From the NCBI RefSeq assembly GCF_035594765.1, contig NC_085843.1, forward strand, positions 204,949,971-205,013,970: a stretch of 64,000 bases of DNA. Reading direction: 5' to 3'. Positions 1-13,105 of this stretch are shown in pieces (within the stretch, counting starts at the first letter, position 1; every line of letters begins with the position of its first letter). The notes under the pieces were generated by a model. The model saw only the letters and a program-made list of their open reading frames with translations, was not told the origin of the DNA and ran no database searches. A program made the translations under genes and the position numbers. The DNA is from Anolis carolinensis (taxonomy: Eukaryota).

Positions 1-368
1 TATGATAAGTCCAACAACATTTGGAGGCTCCCCAAGATGATAGTCCCTGCATTGCATGATATGATTTAGACATCATTTTGGAAGTGGTTCTAATTAGTTT
101 GGACAGCATCAAAGGCCTCCTGTTTTGGCCTGAATCATAATCAAAACTTGCTTCAAAAATCGGAACCTTCATGTTCCCTTAATCTTATTGTTAGACCCAT
201 CAAATCATTGGTACTTCCATGAGCACATATCATTGATTCAATGGTTGGGGCTGACCATGGTTGTGGCCCTCCAGATATTGTTAAACTGAGGCAGCATAAT
301 CCAATGATGAGGGATGCTGTCCAGCAGCATCTCAAGACATGTGTGATTTAAAGTTATGTTTCCCCATT

Positions 369-512
369 GAAGGTAACAGCGTTCCATGCAGTCATGCCGG
401 CCACATGACCTTGAAGGTGTCTTAAGCTCTTCGGCTTAGAAATGGAGATGAGCACCAACTCCCAGAGTCGGACACGACTGGACTTAACGTCAGGGGAAAC
501 CTTTACCTTTAC
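369..512 (+). mobile_element. 5'-truncated Sauria SINE
   Basis: Colinear with the 3' half of the copy at 10350-10675; ends in the (acctt t)n tail. Confidence 0.85.
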
Positions 513-698
513 TCCTTCCTCATTGACTATAGTTGGGAAACATAATGGTGCCAAATAATGTTCATTAGATTATCAGACTGAAATAAAATTTGCATAAAAA
601 ACAAATCCTGGCAAGTTCCAATGGTTAAATCATTATCTTCCCGAGCCCACATGGACTAAAAAATGAGTTGTCTCTGTTGCATGGATATCCCTCCAGAG

Positions 699-834
699 CA
701 GGCATCCTCAAACTCCGGCCCTCCAGCTGCTTTGGCCTCCAATACCCAGAAGCCCTAGCCAGCTTGTTCAGTGCTTAGGAATTCTGGGAGCTGGAGGTTC
801 AAACAGCTGGAGGGCCAGAGTTTGAGGATGCCTG
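699..834. mobile_element. Palindromic hAT-type MITE
   Basis: TIRs caggcatcctcaaact / agtttgaggatgcctg; 8-bp TSD ctccagag/ctccagac. Confidence 0.85.
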
Positions 835-984
835 CTCCAGACCATTCAAACAGAACATCAAAAACATGTTAACACAATGTAAGTTTGAGACTCTTACATC
901 GTCATTTTTCTTCTCCTGTTTGATTTTTAACATTTTTGCCTGCTGAAGAAGCCAGTGGACTTTCAAATGCTTGTATCCTGTGTA

Positions 985-1326
985 CAGTGTTCCTTCACTT
1001 ATCATGGGGGCTAGGTTCCAGGACCACCCGCAATAAGTGAAAATCCACAAAGTAGGGGCGCTATATTTATTTTATTATTTATACATTATTTTAGTAGTTA
1101 TACACTATTTTAAGTCTTTATCAACCAATTGTGTGTTGATAAATCGCTTCCTTCTCCTCCTGTTGCCATTTGGGCTCCTTTTCACTCCCTTTGGGTTCTC
1201 CTTCCTCCCTTCATTAGGCTGTAAATTGTAATTTTTATGATTTATAATACTCTTTTAGAGTTTATTGAAAAACCGTGAAACACCGAATCCGCGAAAAGTG
1301 AACTGCAAAGTAGTGAGGGAACACTG
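985..1326. mobile_element. Tc1/mariner-superfamily MITE
   Basis: TIRs cagtgttccttcact / agtgagggaacactg with TA on both sides; related copy at 31177-31334. Confidence 0.85.
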
Positions 1327-1499
1327 TATTTTTGATTCGATCAGTAAAAGAATCATTGTCCCGAAGATTTTGGATGCTATTGTATTTTGCAGTATGATCA
1401 AAATGGCTACTTCTGGATATAATTCCTAGAGAGACAAACAAATAAAGTGTGTACGTTTACAATGATATTTTATTTCTAAAGATTTTCAAAAGTATATTT

Positions 1500-2165
1500 G
1501 TTTAATAATAAATAATAAACCTATCTCCCTGCAGGAACTCAGGGCGGTTTCGAAGCAGAAAGAGGCAAATATTCAATTCCATGATAAACAAACAAACCAA
1601 ATCAAAATAATAAATAAAATAGCATAAATATACACTTATGACTAACCAAACAAATAAGTAATCAAAAACAAATAAACCTCATCATACACATTTATATCAT
1701 AATAAGATCTAAATAATTAAAGTGCCTTAAAATATAAAATTATGATGAAGTTGTTATATAAAATAATGATGTACAATAGCCACCAGCATCAGAGTGAATT
1801 TCCAGTATCCAAACAAGGTTACATATTAAGATGTTCTAGACCTTTCCCTGCAAAGGTGGGATTTTAAGTGTTTTTTAAAAGAGAGGAGAGAGTGGGCCAT
1901 TTTTACTTCTTTGGGAGGGGATTTCAGGGGCGGGGCGATTACAGAAAAGCCCCCCCCCCCCGCCTCATCCCCACCAACTGCGCTTGAGATGGGGGTGGGA
2001 CCGAGAGCAGGGCCTCATCCGCTGACGACAGTGCTGGGTAGGTGTATATGCAAAGATGCAGTTAGTTAAGTAGCCTGGGCCCAAACCATTTAGGGCTTTA
2101 TAGGTCAGCACTAACACTTTGTATTTAGCCCGGAAGGTGACCGGCAGTCAGTGTAGCTGCCACAA
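1500..2165 (-). mobile_element. L2-type LINE 3' fragment
   Basis: Reverse complement resembles the L2 3' region seen on the + strand at 56461-57175 (ccttctct-, gccgccctgagt-type tail motifs). Confidence 0.65.
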
Positions 2166-2894
2166 GTTCCCTCCCTGTTTACAACTAGATTTTGATGGGC
2201 AGTGGGTTTGAAAATAGCATATGTAATGACAATGCTCTAAATAACTAAACTGCAAAACTTCAAGAAAGCTACATGAAAAATTATGGAAAAATTAATTTAT
2301 TTGCCACAATTTGCCATCCATTTAGATGTTTAGGTCAGGTTATATTAAAATGATGCACACCTGCAGATATGTTGCTAAGCAAGAAATAAAAAAATTACAG
2401 AAGCCTAGATCAGGGAATGAATGAAATATAACTTCAGATTTTTTTGGTTTTCTGCTGAAATACAGTATGTTTCATTCTGGATAGAGTGGATGGAAAACAA
2501 CATGAACATATGCTACAAGAACTGTCAATAGCTGATAGAGGCATATCTCAGATACTCTTGGTTGTCAAGTCATTGTTGGTAGCTGTAATGCTTTGCAGAT
2601 CTGCTATCACATGTTTTCTTCCTCATGAAAATATAAGCCCTACCCCTTGAAAAAATCCCCTTTTTATTCTGCCCCCTTTCCAAAGGGTGTTATGATAGGT
2701 TAAAGAGAGACCCCTGATAAATTTGCTCTCTGGTTGGAAGCTAAAGCTGTCACCTCTTTCTTTATCATCTTTCTGCACTGATATTTCCCTTACATGGAGC
2801 TTGTGGAGAGAAACAGTTCAATTTCTGCAAATACGGACTCTGAATTGACATTTGTTTCCAAATCACTAAGTAATTGTATAAATCATTAAAGCTT

Positions 2895-3797
2895 TGGATT
2901 GCTATTCAAGAAATTGGTATGCCACAACATTTGATCATCCTGATGTTTAACCTGTACTTAGAACAAAAGGCTGCTGCTAGGACAGAATAGGGAGAAATGG
3001 AACTGGCAAGGGAGTGATGCAAGCTTATACTTCAGCACTATGTCTGTTCATTTGTATGCCAAAAATACAATGCAGAAAGCAAGATTAGATTTGGAGGAAT
3101 GGAAGCATGAAAATTACAGGAAGGAACATCAACAAGCTAAGATTTGCAGGTGGCATCATAGACTAGCAGGAAGTAGTAAAAACCTGGAATGACTGTTGAA
3201 GACAGTCCAGATAGAAAGTGTATAGACAGGTTTACAGTTGAACGTTAAACAAAAATGATGATCATAGAAGATATATATAACTTTAAGTAGATGATGCAAA
3301 CATTGAAATGTTTCAAGATTTCTCATTCCTTGGCGCAATTGTGAACCACAGTAGAGACTGCAGTTAAGAATCAGAAGACTAACACTAGAAGGAACTTGTC
3401 AAAATCCTGAACTGTACAGATACTTCAATAAATGCTTAATTTAGGATCGGTGAAAAATCTGATAGGAAGAAAATCCATTCATTTGAGGCGTAGTCCTAGA
3501 AAACAGTTTTATGGCTATCATAGACTGCTAAAAAGACAAATAACTAATCAGGCCTGAACTCCTCCTAGAAGCCAGAAGGACTAACTGCGACTGTTGTACT
3601 TTGGCCATTCATGAGAGGAGAAAAGACAATAATGTGTGTTAAGGAGGAGGGCAAAAGGAAAAGAGGAAGATTGCATTTCAAATGGATAATCTCTGAGTCT
3701 GCAAGACCTGAGTAGGACTGTTGAGGATAGTGTGACTTGGAGGTTTCTAATTTATTGGGTGTGCTGTAAATCAGTCAACTTGAAGGCAGTCAGCAAC
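2895..3797 (+). mobile_element. Degraded RTE-clade LINE 3' portion
   Basis: Decayed RT motif (aacatcaacaagctaagatttgcaggtggc, approximately NINNLRFADD); many stops and frameshifts; RTE-like 3' end caacttgaaggca...caacaa. Confidence 0.65.
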
Positions 3798-3972
3798 AAA
3801 GAAAGTTGTGGGAGATTCAGTACAGATTTCTACTTCAATTTGGATGTATGATTTGGTTCTGGAGTTGTGATTTGTACAAACCTGCCACATCCATAACTTC
3901 TTAGTAAGGGCAAGAGTGAGGGTAGCCTGCTCACTCAATATTCAGCAGTTCAGTGGAAGTAACATGATAATA

Positions 3973-4274
3973 TTTCTTTTTTATATCTGATGTATTTTCA
4001 GGTGTAGGGATATAAAAAAAAGAATGCAAATAGTAATAAGCAGTACACATGAGCTAGAGTGACAGGCTAGGGCTAGAGAAACCCACATTCAAATAACTGA
4101 TCAATTGTGAAATCTGTACTGAATCTCCCACAACTTTCTTTTTTATATCTGATGTATTTTCAGGTGTAGGGATATAAAAAAAAGAATGCAAATAGTAATA
4201 AGCAGTACACATGAGCTAGAGTGACAGGCTAGGGGTAGAGAAACCCACATTCAAATAACTGATCAATTGTGAAA
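3973..4274. repeat. 140-bp direct duplication (3973-4112, 4135-4274) joined by a 33-bp inverted copy of 3798-3830
   Basis: Direct reading: the copies differ at one base that I could find; 4109-4141 is the exact reverse complement of 3798-3830. Confidence 0.92.
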
Positions 4275-6117
4275 ATGTTCTGTGTCAGAATTTTTTATCC
4301 ATTGATTTTTACATAGTTCTATAAAAATACCCTAGAAACGATTCACATTTAAGACAGATTCTAAATTCTTAAAATTAGCAAATAAATCCAAAGTTTGGTG
4401 TATCTCATAGGGTATGTGTGAGGATGAAATACAAGAAGGAAATATGTATGTTGTCATGAGCTTTATTCAAGAAAAAGTAGAATAACATAAAATGAAACTA
4501 AGAATTCATTAGAGTTTTTAAAGTTAATGATCATTGCTAATTTGTTTTTGTAATTGGCAAAAGTATGAAACATGCTGATAATTATTTTCCTTGTTTTCGT
4601 AACATTAATGTTTAGATGTTAGTAAAATGAATGCTATTTGAAAATATTTTGCTGGTATTTGTTTAATCAGTTCAATAAATATATTTTGACTTGTCATATG
4701 TCCAATCCAAATTACTACTCCTCTAAAGAGTTGATCCACAATGACCAGAGAGCAATAGAGAGAAATGTTGGGACATCTGAATGGTGTGAGCTGGCTTTGT
4801 TTCCTTGCTTCCATTGCATTTATTTTATTGTTAATGATAGATGCATTTAATTTCCCTAGAGCCCATTTTCTTCATCAATGCACCAGGGAATTACATGTGC
4901 ATATCCCATTAAATTTAATTGGCACTGGAAATGGGACTATTGGCTTGGTTTTAAACTGATCTAACTAATGGGGAATGAACTGCCAAGGAATACAAATGTG
5001 AAATAAGGAGAAGGAGCAGATGTGCTCCCAATATTGCGTGATTTCTGTATTACTTACTCATTCCAATACTTAATTATTTTTCATCTCCTTGAACAAGTCA
5101 TTTTTTTTTTTAAATTCAATAATAGCAATCCAAACCCCCAAAACCAAAACTGGGATCAACTCCACAAGAGTAGCTATGTTAAACTACAACTTTCCTTGGA
5201 AAGTTAGAAAGTTTGTGACAAGTAAAGGAGAGAAATACCACAATAAATCTTTATAAAATACTGGTGCTTCAGTGCATGATCCAAAACAGAAAAAGTATGC
5301 TTCTATTTTCTAAGAACCTGTAGATCGCAGATGACGGCATTGGTTATAAGAACATCTGACCAACCTCAAATAGTGTTTGTCTTCATTCCAGTTTAATGTC
5401 AATGCTTATTTTGATTATGTGTAAATGACATTTTAGTGAAATTTGATATTTTAGTAATTCTAAAATATATGTTCTAAGTTTGCAGTAATTGCTGGATATT
5501 ACTGTTTTAATATTTAGCATATTGATTGCAGTATTTAACTACGAATCCATCGCCAAGACTCTACACTTGGAAGACAATCATACTTGGACACGAGTTATCG
5601 CCAATGTTAGTCTTAACTATATGAGATTGTTTCTATTTCAAGAAAAGAAGGAAAATGTATTTTTCAAGTGTCCAGCAAAAAAGTTTTTGATATACTTTCA
5701 ATCCTGGTAAAGCAATACTGCTTAAAGAAAGACATTTTGATAGAGTTATATATTGCCATTTCTAAGAAAACTATCATTTTTGCCTGGGGGAGAAAGGTTC
5801 ACCTTGAGCCTGGTTGTATACATTAGTTTAGAATTGAATTTAATGTATGTCCAAATTAGAAAAAAAGTTACTTTCTGTCAGTCAAAACCTTTTACACAAG
5901 CACAAAAAAACTAGTTTGAAGCCGGCTCAAGGTCAAGATGTACACAAAGCACACACCCCCAATGTACACTGCAGCACACATCCAGCCAGAAACCCATCCT
6001 CCATACGGCAATAGCTCCAGCATTAATGCCACCATATTGCATACCTTGTTTGTTAAGACAGAAATAAATACTCATGATAGAGACACTAAGCTTCCCCTTT
6101 TTAAAATAAAATATACA

Positions 6118-6364
6118 AGTACTATGGGTCCTTGGTATCTGCTGAGGTTAGGTTCCGGGACACCCCGTATAGCTACCAAAATCTGTGGTTGCTCTACATA
6201 CAGTGGCAAAGTAAAATGGCATTCCTTATACAAAATTATGAACAATTCAAGAGATCTGTGAAATGTGATATGCTTATGCACCAGCATAGCATTCCATATG
6301 CAGCAATGTCAAGGTTAGCTGTTGGGGGAGGGCGGATGCAATAGGATAGAGAGGACTGACTGTA
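6118..6364. mobile_element. Old Tigger/pogo-like MITE
   Basis: Degenerate termini (ccttggtatctgctgaggttaggttcc ... ggatagagaggactgactgTA). Confidence 0.5.
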
Positions 6365-7871
6365 AAACGCACCTCCAGACAGAAGGAGCCAACCGAAGGG
6401 CTAGAGGGGAGCAATTGAACCCCCAGTTTTATAATTAGGTCAATAAATGGCCCATTTATTTCTCCACATCTTGTGTCTGGTCTCTTTATTTCGCGGTGGG
6501 GATTCAATTATATTTCATGCAGCATTCTTATTCAAGTTGTGGGATTATGTAATTCTCATGTGCTCGTCATTGTCTCCTACATTTAATTCTCATTGTAAAT
6601 TTTTGTTAAAACCTTGAATGTGACAGTAATTTCTGGTTTCTTAAGGAAACAGCTCATTTAGTAACTCTAGTAAAGTATTTAGTAAGTTCATTGTAAACTT
6701 TATTGCCTTATGCATGAAAGTATAATAAATAATACACTTTTTTGAAAATTCTAATGCTGCAATTGTGATGAAATCAGAGCAATAGCTGATTATTGTGATA
6801 TGGGAAGAAGAATAACATCATTGAGAATCCCTATATAATTATAGTGAACTGAAACTTCTTTAAAATATAAAATATTATAAACAAATAAAGAGCATTTTTC
6901 CCGTTTGGAGGTTTGTTATACTGATCCCCATTGTCTACAATCATGATTCCCATGATTTCTCTATGAAATGTGAATAATTCCTTCTGTAGCTGTTTTCCTC
7001 TGATTGGTGAAGATGTTTCTATTCTAGCTGCCCTTTGTTGGTGAAGTATGTTTTTGAAGAACTAATTTATCTGTAGTATTCACCCTTTACACATTATCTC
7101 TGTGATTCTATTGATTTTTTTAGCAACTAAATGTTTGGTTTTATATAATTATTTGTCTCTGAATGATGCACAGGCTCTGGAAGGATAAAATATAATTTAT
7201 TTTATATAAACAAAGCAACCAGGACTTCAGATTTTGAAGTAGACTAACAAGCGTTAAGATTTTATATTATCACATGTCAGTCTAATATTAAAAATGCATT
7301 GGGAATGAAAGCATAAAATGAAATGAACTGTAAAACCTATTTTCTGTGACTGAATGTTCTTAGATTGAACTACTAAACTACCACCAGAGGGAGGTTAAAC
7401 ATTTAATTAAGCAATAAGCCTGTGCGTAAAAAGGTCATTGTAAGACAAATTCTGGTTGATTTAATGCACATGTTTAAATTTTTAATGAAGTTTTCCTGTT
7501 AATATTAAACATTTTTCTTTTTAAACTTAGATTTTAAACTGACATTAGTTTAACTAGTATCAAAACTGGATGAATTGGTCAAATTTGTTTCTTAATTTCT
7601 CAGTCTCGTTCTATGAATTATGCCATATTTAGTATATATCACTTTGCATCATTTGTTTTAAGTACTATATGTAGAAAACCTTTTCTATTTGACAGAATGC
7701 AAAATATGGGGATTAGTTTAGAGGTAAGATCACTGAGGCCTTCTAATTGTTGGATAGTCAGCACTTGTAAATATAAAAAGCCTACATAAGACCTTGAAGA
7801 GTTGACACCCGTAGTCAAATATCCTTGAAAAGGGACATTAGTTCTAATGTTAATGGTAAAAAACATTAGAA

Positions 7872-8021
7872 CCATTGAGGCAAACTTGTTTGTTCCATCA
7901 ACAAACAAACAAATGTTTTGGTCTCCCAACTCCCAGAAGCCCTTGCCAGCTCGTCCCATTGCCAGGAATTCTGGGAGATGAAGTTCAAAACATTTGGAGG
8001 GCTAGACGTTTGACACCACTG
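7872..8021. mobile_element. Degenerate palindromic hAT-type MITE
   Basis: Same aactcccagaa...ttctgggag fold-back core as 699-834. Confidence 0.6.
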
Positions 8022-8658
8022 ATCGAAGGTCAACTTCTGATGGATGTTGCCCATGATCACACTGGAGTAAACAGATATTCCTACAAAGATCATTTTAATC
8101 AAATGTTTAAATAATCAGATCCCCAAAAGTCAAACCTGAAAACATAAAGTGCTGACTGTATAAGTGAGAATGTAGCATCAGAGTTCTATATGATTCTTGG
8201 AGGTGACAGTGGATTGAACATTTCTCAGAAGATCCTACAAAGCAGTGGTTCTCAAAGTTTGCTCTGCAGAGCCCTTAGTGCTCTGCAAAGCTCACAGTTC
8301 CCTCCTCCTCCTCCTTCCTCCTCCTCCCTCTCCAAGCTTTTCATCCACTTTCCTGCTCCTCCCACTCCATCCCTCGTACCAAAATCCTTTTTTCGTCATC
8401 TTTCTCACCTCCCAGATCCTTTCCCCTTCACCTTGCTTGCTTCCAAACCCTATTTCTTGCCCACCGCTTAGGTGGTGCTTTGATCATGCTTTTCCTTCAT
8501 GGCAGAAGGGGGTTGGATTGGATGGTCATTGGTAGGGGTGCTTTGATTGTGTTTTTCCTGCATGGACTGGGTGCCCCCTGGGGTCTTCCACTAAAATACT
8601 GTTTATGTTGGTCAAAATGTTTGCCCATGCCTGATATATATGCATTATGATATAATAT

Positions 8659-8920
8659 GGGATCCCCCAGTGGTGCAATGGGTTAAACCCTTGTGCTGAC
8701 AGAACTGCTGACCTGAAGGTTGCCAGTTCAAATCTGGGGAGAGCATAGATGAGCTCCCTCTGTCAGCTTCAGCTTCCCATGCAGGAACATGAGAGAAGCC
8801 TCCCACAAGGATGGTAAAACAACAAATATCCGGGTGTCCCTTGGGTAATGTCCTTGCAGACAGCCAATTTTCTCACACCAGAAGTGACTTGCAGTTTCTC
8901 AAGTCACTCCTGACATGAAA
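8659..8920 (+). mobile_element. tRNA-derived SINE (Anolis SINE2-like)
   Basis: Box A-like tggtgcaatgg, degenerate box B, A-tail; colinear with 45728-45988. Confidence 0.85.
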
Positions 8921-8977
8921 AATATAATATAATATAATATAATATAATATAATATAATATAATATATAATATAATAA
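8921..8977. repeat. (ATATA)n microsatellite at SINE tail
   Basis: Direct reading. Confidence 0.95.
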
Positions 8978-10349
8978 TGTAAACATTACTTGGAGCTCCA
9001 TGAGAAACGTTTGCTTCAAAAAGGGCTCCATGGCTGAAAAACTTTGAGAACCCCTGTTATAAAGGCAACGCAACGTTGTCATGTAGTAATGAACTTTCCC
9101 ACTTCCCTTCCCATTGATCCCCTGCACTTGAAATTTGTCAGACAGATTCGTAATCTCAGTTGCTTCTTCTGAACCTTCATAATATTCAGCCCCCCAAAAG
9201 GGAACATTTACCTAGCCTTACAATGTAAGACTTCACCATAAGTTTTTAATTTGTCACTAGTAAGCCAATATAGAGCAAAGGTGCAAAGTGGGTCAGATCA
9301 GTTCTATGTGGGTCTCAGTAATGAGATGCATCTTACTAAGTTCATTTTCCAGTAAGCACCCTGTTTTCAGTGGAATACTATAGAACAGGAAACTAATTTA
9401 CAGTTACCTAAACAATGTCATGAATTGCTGTGCATGGAGTACTGTTTTTCTTCATTATTCTTATTGAAAACTTGGAGAAAAAGGTATTTTCCTTTTTTCT
9501 CCCTTTCTCTCCTCTGCATTTACTGCCCAGCATAACATTAACAAGATATAAAAATATTTCCCCCTGTAAAGTTTCTCTTTGCCAAGTATTGGGCTTGGCT
9601 AGGTTGGATTAAATAGAAACAAGTGAAAACAGCTGTGCCGTTTTCAGTGGTGTGCTGGGTGTGCTCTCTGATTTCACTCAATAGAATATAAAACCTCTGG
9701 ACTGACAAAATACTTTGTGCATTTTGGCTGCTCCTTTAGCCATCCTATGGTTAAAAACACCCCCAGACCAAATGGTTTTAATAATTAAAGTTCATTTAAA
9801 GACAAAATGTCTTTTTTAAAAATCACAATCAATGAAACACAAATAATATATGTTCCATTTAATTTAGACGAAAAGGCAAACCAATTACTTCCTTTTATTT
9901 GATCCTATTTGTGTGTGCTTTTCAGTATTACACATTTAAGGATTCAGATGGAATTCATATAAAATATGAAACATAAACTGTAATTCAGTGCAGAAGGGCA
10001 GGTCCTGTAGCCTCTAGTCCTCTTTTGGATCAGCACTGCTCTATGCAGTGAATGTATCTCTACGGCTGCTTCAACACAGCCATTTAATCTGTGTCAGGAC
10101 ATGGATTAAAGAGAACCAGTTGGCTGTGAAGTGCCTACAGAGACACCCTACTACTGGCTGGAAGTTGGGATGGTGTCCACAAAGATCCACTGAATGCAGA
10201 TCAATCTGATCCAAGGAATATTATTTTCCTTCCCCCTCCAGCGAAATGTGCTGAAAAGAAGCAGCCTTACTGATAAGAATAGTTCTAGAGCAATTTAGGG
10301 CAAAGCAAGAAAAGGATTATAATATTTGAACCAATGTAGTGTCAGTGCC

Positions 10350-10675
10350 AAGGGGCCTCCTTTGGCTCAGTGTGTTAAAGCGCTGAGCTGCTGAACTTTC
10401 AGACCAAAAGGTTCGAATCCGGGGAGCGGAATGAGCGCCCGCTGTTAGCCCCAGCTCCTGCCAACCTAGCAGTTCGAAAACATGCAAATGTGAGTTAATC
10501 AATAGGTACCGCTCCGGCATGAAAGTAACAGCACTCAATGCAGTCATGCTGGCCACATGACCTTGGCGGTGTCTACGGACAATGCCGGCTCTTCAGCTTA
10601 GAAATGGAGATGAGCAGCAACCCCCAGAGTCAGACAAGACTGGACTTAATGTCAGGGGAAACCTTTACCTTTACC
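10350..10675 (+). mobile_element. Full-length Sauria SINE with 13-bp TSD
   Basis: Box A tggctcagtg, box B ggttcgaatcc, (accttt)n tail; TSD tagtgtcagtgcc (10337-10349) / tagtgttagtgcc (10676-10688). Confidence 0.92.
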
Positions 10676-12966
10676 TAGTGTTAGTGCCTGCTTAACATTT
10701 TGTTTACTAAAAGTAAATAAGACTATTGCAGGTAAAATAGCTTGCCACTTTGGTGTTGGGATGATAGCAAGAAATATGCATGTCAGAATTTTGAGATAAA
10801 GACCAGGCAACTCTAGTTATTTCCCATTTTTTTCTTGAGCCTTTATGACCCATTACAAAAAAAATCCCACATTCTCATTTAGTACAATCTGTTAAATGAC
10901 TACACAAAGAATAAATATTTGGGATAGATATAGGACCTCATCATATGAGGTACTTTTTCGGTGGCATGAGCTGGTTTGGCTATACCTTTATGCTGGAGCT
11001 CACTGGCTCCCATCCCACAAAATGGAGCAGCTTTTGGTGGGGCTCCGTCCCCAAAAATATAGACAAACCAACACATGCTGCTGTGACGGCAACACAGGAG
11101 GCTTCCCATAGTCAATAGAAATCAGTGGGGCAGGGGCGGGGGGGGGGGGGAGCCGGGCGGCCAACACTTTCCCCAGTGGGATGGGGTGATGGATGAGTCA
11201 GGCAATGTGAGGCCTGGGACAACAGATTCTCCATGCCCCTTAATAGGCATTGCCGGATTTGCCACAATGTGTGGAGATTCCAGTAACCCATCTGATGAGG
11301 TTAATAGACAATTTCGACCTCCAGATTTTGCTGTACTAAAATTTCTGTCATGTCTGCCATTAGCTATACTGGCAGGGGATGATAAATGTTGTAGTTCAGC
11401 TGCATATGAAGATCCATGAGTATGCCATCTTCATTCTAGACAAGGTGTCCAGATGCTGTTTGAATGCCATGATCTCTAGATAATAAAGTCAGTAGTGAAA
11501 GTTGATAAATTTCACAGTCCAATAACCTCAAGAGGCTCAGAAATCTCCTGTCCTTCTTGTATAGATTTACTAATTCTGAGGATAAAGTGTACTAAATGGG
11601 AGTACATTTAAGTACATTCCTACAAACACCATTATACTTTTCTCTCTTTCCTCCTTCTTGCACAGGTAATGTTCAGGACTAGATGTAGAATCATCTTTGT
11701 TGAAAATAGAAAACTGTATAATTAAAGAAAATGAATGTTAACTATTCAGTTGGCACATGGAAGAATGTGGGGAAGGATAGAAAACATTCCAAATGAGAGT
11801 ATCTCCCCCCACCCAAATAAATCCATAGTTCCTCTCCATGTATTCACATTTTAGAGTAAAATTTGTAATCTTGTGCTTGATGAGGATTCTTTCCCTTTCT
11901 TTTCTAGTATGAACGGTCATTACATAGCAGGCAGCAGTGGAAGCAATAGCCCGGCCAAAGATATGTTTGTGACATCGAAAAAGGCTATTAATTAATCGAG
12001 CAGTATATTACTTACCCTCTCCTCCCACATAACTGATTAGAAAGAGCTAATGTAAGCATCCTCTTTAGTCTGCAGTTTTAATTTAATGGGAGACATTTAA
12101 TCATTGTGAAAGTAGATACAGTTAATGGCCACGTAGCCACTTCATTCCAATTTAGGTGTCAATAAATGGCCATCTGGGATGGCAACATCTCATTCGGAGT
12201 AGTGTCTATTTATATCTGTAAAACACAGTGATTATTTGCCATCTTATTGCAGTAATTGATTTTGCTTTGTGCTGGGTTCTAGTAATGCTGTTCCCATTTT
12301 AAGGAAGTTGTTACCTTAAAATATTACGCTGTTCTCTCTGGCTGTGATGGCTTGATGAATTGTTTGCCTCTACTTGGCTTCAGTCTGAAGGTTTAAACAC
12401 TTTAAAAAAAACAATAATAACATGAAGGCTGAAAGGAAGTTTGAAAATAGCCAGATGGCTTTTCCAAGAACATGTTTATATTATGTTTCCTTAAAACATT
12501 TTATATTTACAATGGAAAATATAAGAAATCTATATGAGATAATACAAACTAAATATTGATGCGGTGCCCAGAAAAATAATGAAATTATGCAGAGCCATGA
12601 TTGTTCTCCTTCAATTGTCACTGTTTTCTTTTGCTAAATGTTTCCGCAGTTTAAAAAAAGAGCTAATTGAAAAAGAAAAGCTGTATCTATGGTTTTCGAT
12701 GTGAATAGCTGGCATACAGATACTGCAAATTAGGGTTCCCCTGTTTGGAGGACTGATCTTCCATGCCATAAAGACAGGTCTATACATATGTGGACCCTCT
12801 CAACATACACAGACAACTAACAGTCCACTATCCAAAACATGTGTTCTGTTTTTCAAGCACTAAGTACAACTAGAATTATTTATGTTCAGTTAGGTTATTC
12901 AAACACAAGAGTTCATGTGTCTATTCCTTCTTCTCATGTGTGTGTATATCAAGGATGCATGATCTA

Positions 12967-13105
12967 GGGCCCTTCCACACAGCTATAGAACCCAGAATAT
13001 CAAGGCAGATAATCCACAATATCTGCTTTGAACTGGATTATCTGAGTCCATACTGCCATATAATGCAGTTCAATGTGGATTTCATACAGCTGTGTGGAAG
13101 GGGCC
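12967..13105. mobile_element. PIF/Harbinger-like MITE
   Basis: TIRs gggcccttccacacagct / agctgtgtggaaggggcc; several further copies in the window. Confidence 0.8.

Larger units (their letters stand above)
8243..9056. mobile_element. Composite non-autonomous hAT-like element with nested inserts
   Basis: TIRs cagtggttctcaaagttt / aaactttgagaacccctg; imperfect 8-bp TSD ctacaaag/ttataaag. Confidence 0.65.

Noticed and set aside
10350-10425. tRNA-like box A/box B as a tRNA gene (also 8659 and 45728)
   Set aside because: These are SINE heads followed by SINE bodies and tails; no cloverleaf.
11127-11160. G-rich tract as a functional G-quadruplex
   Set aside because: Homopolymer-like run inside a probable old repeat; similar runs recur in the window without other support.
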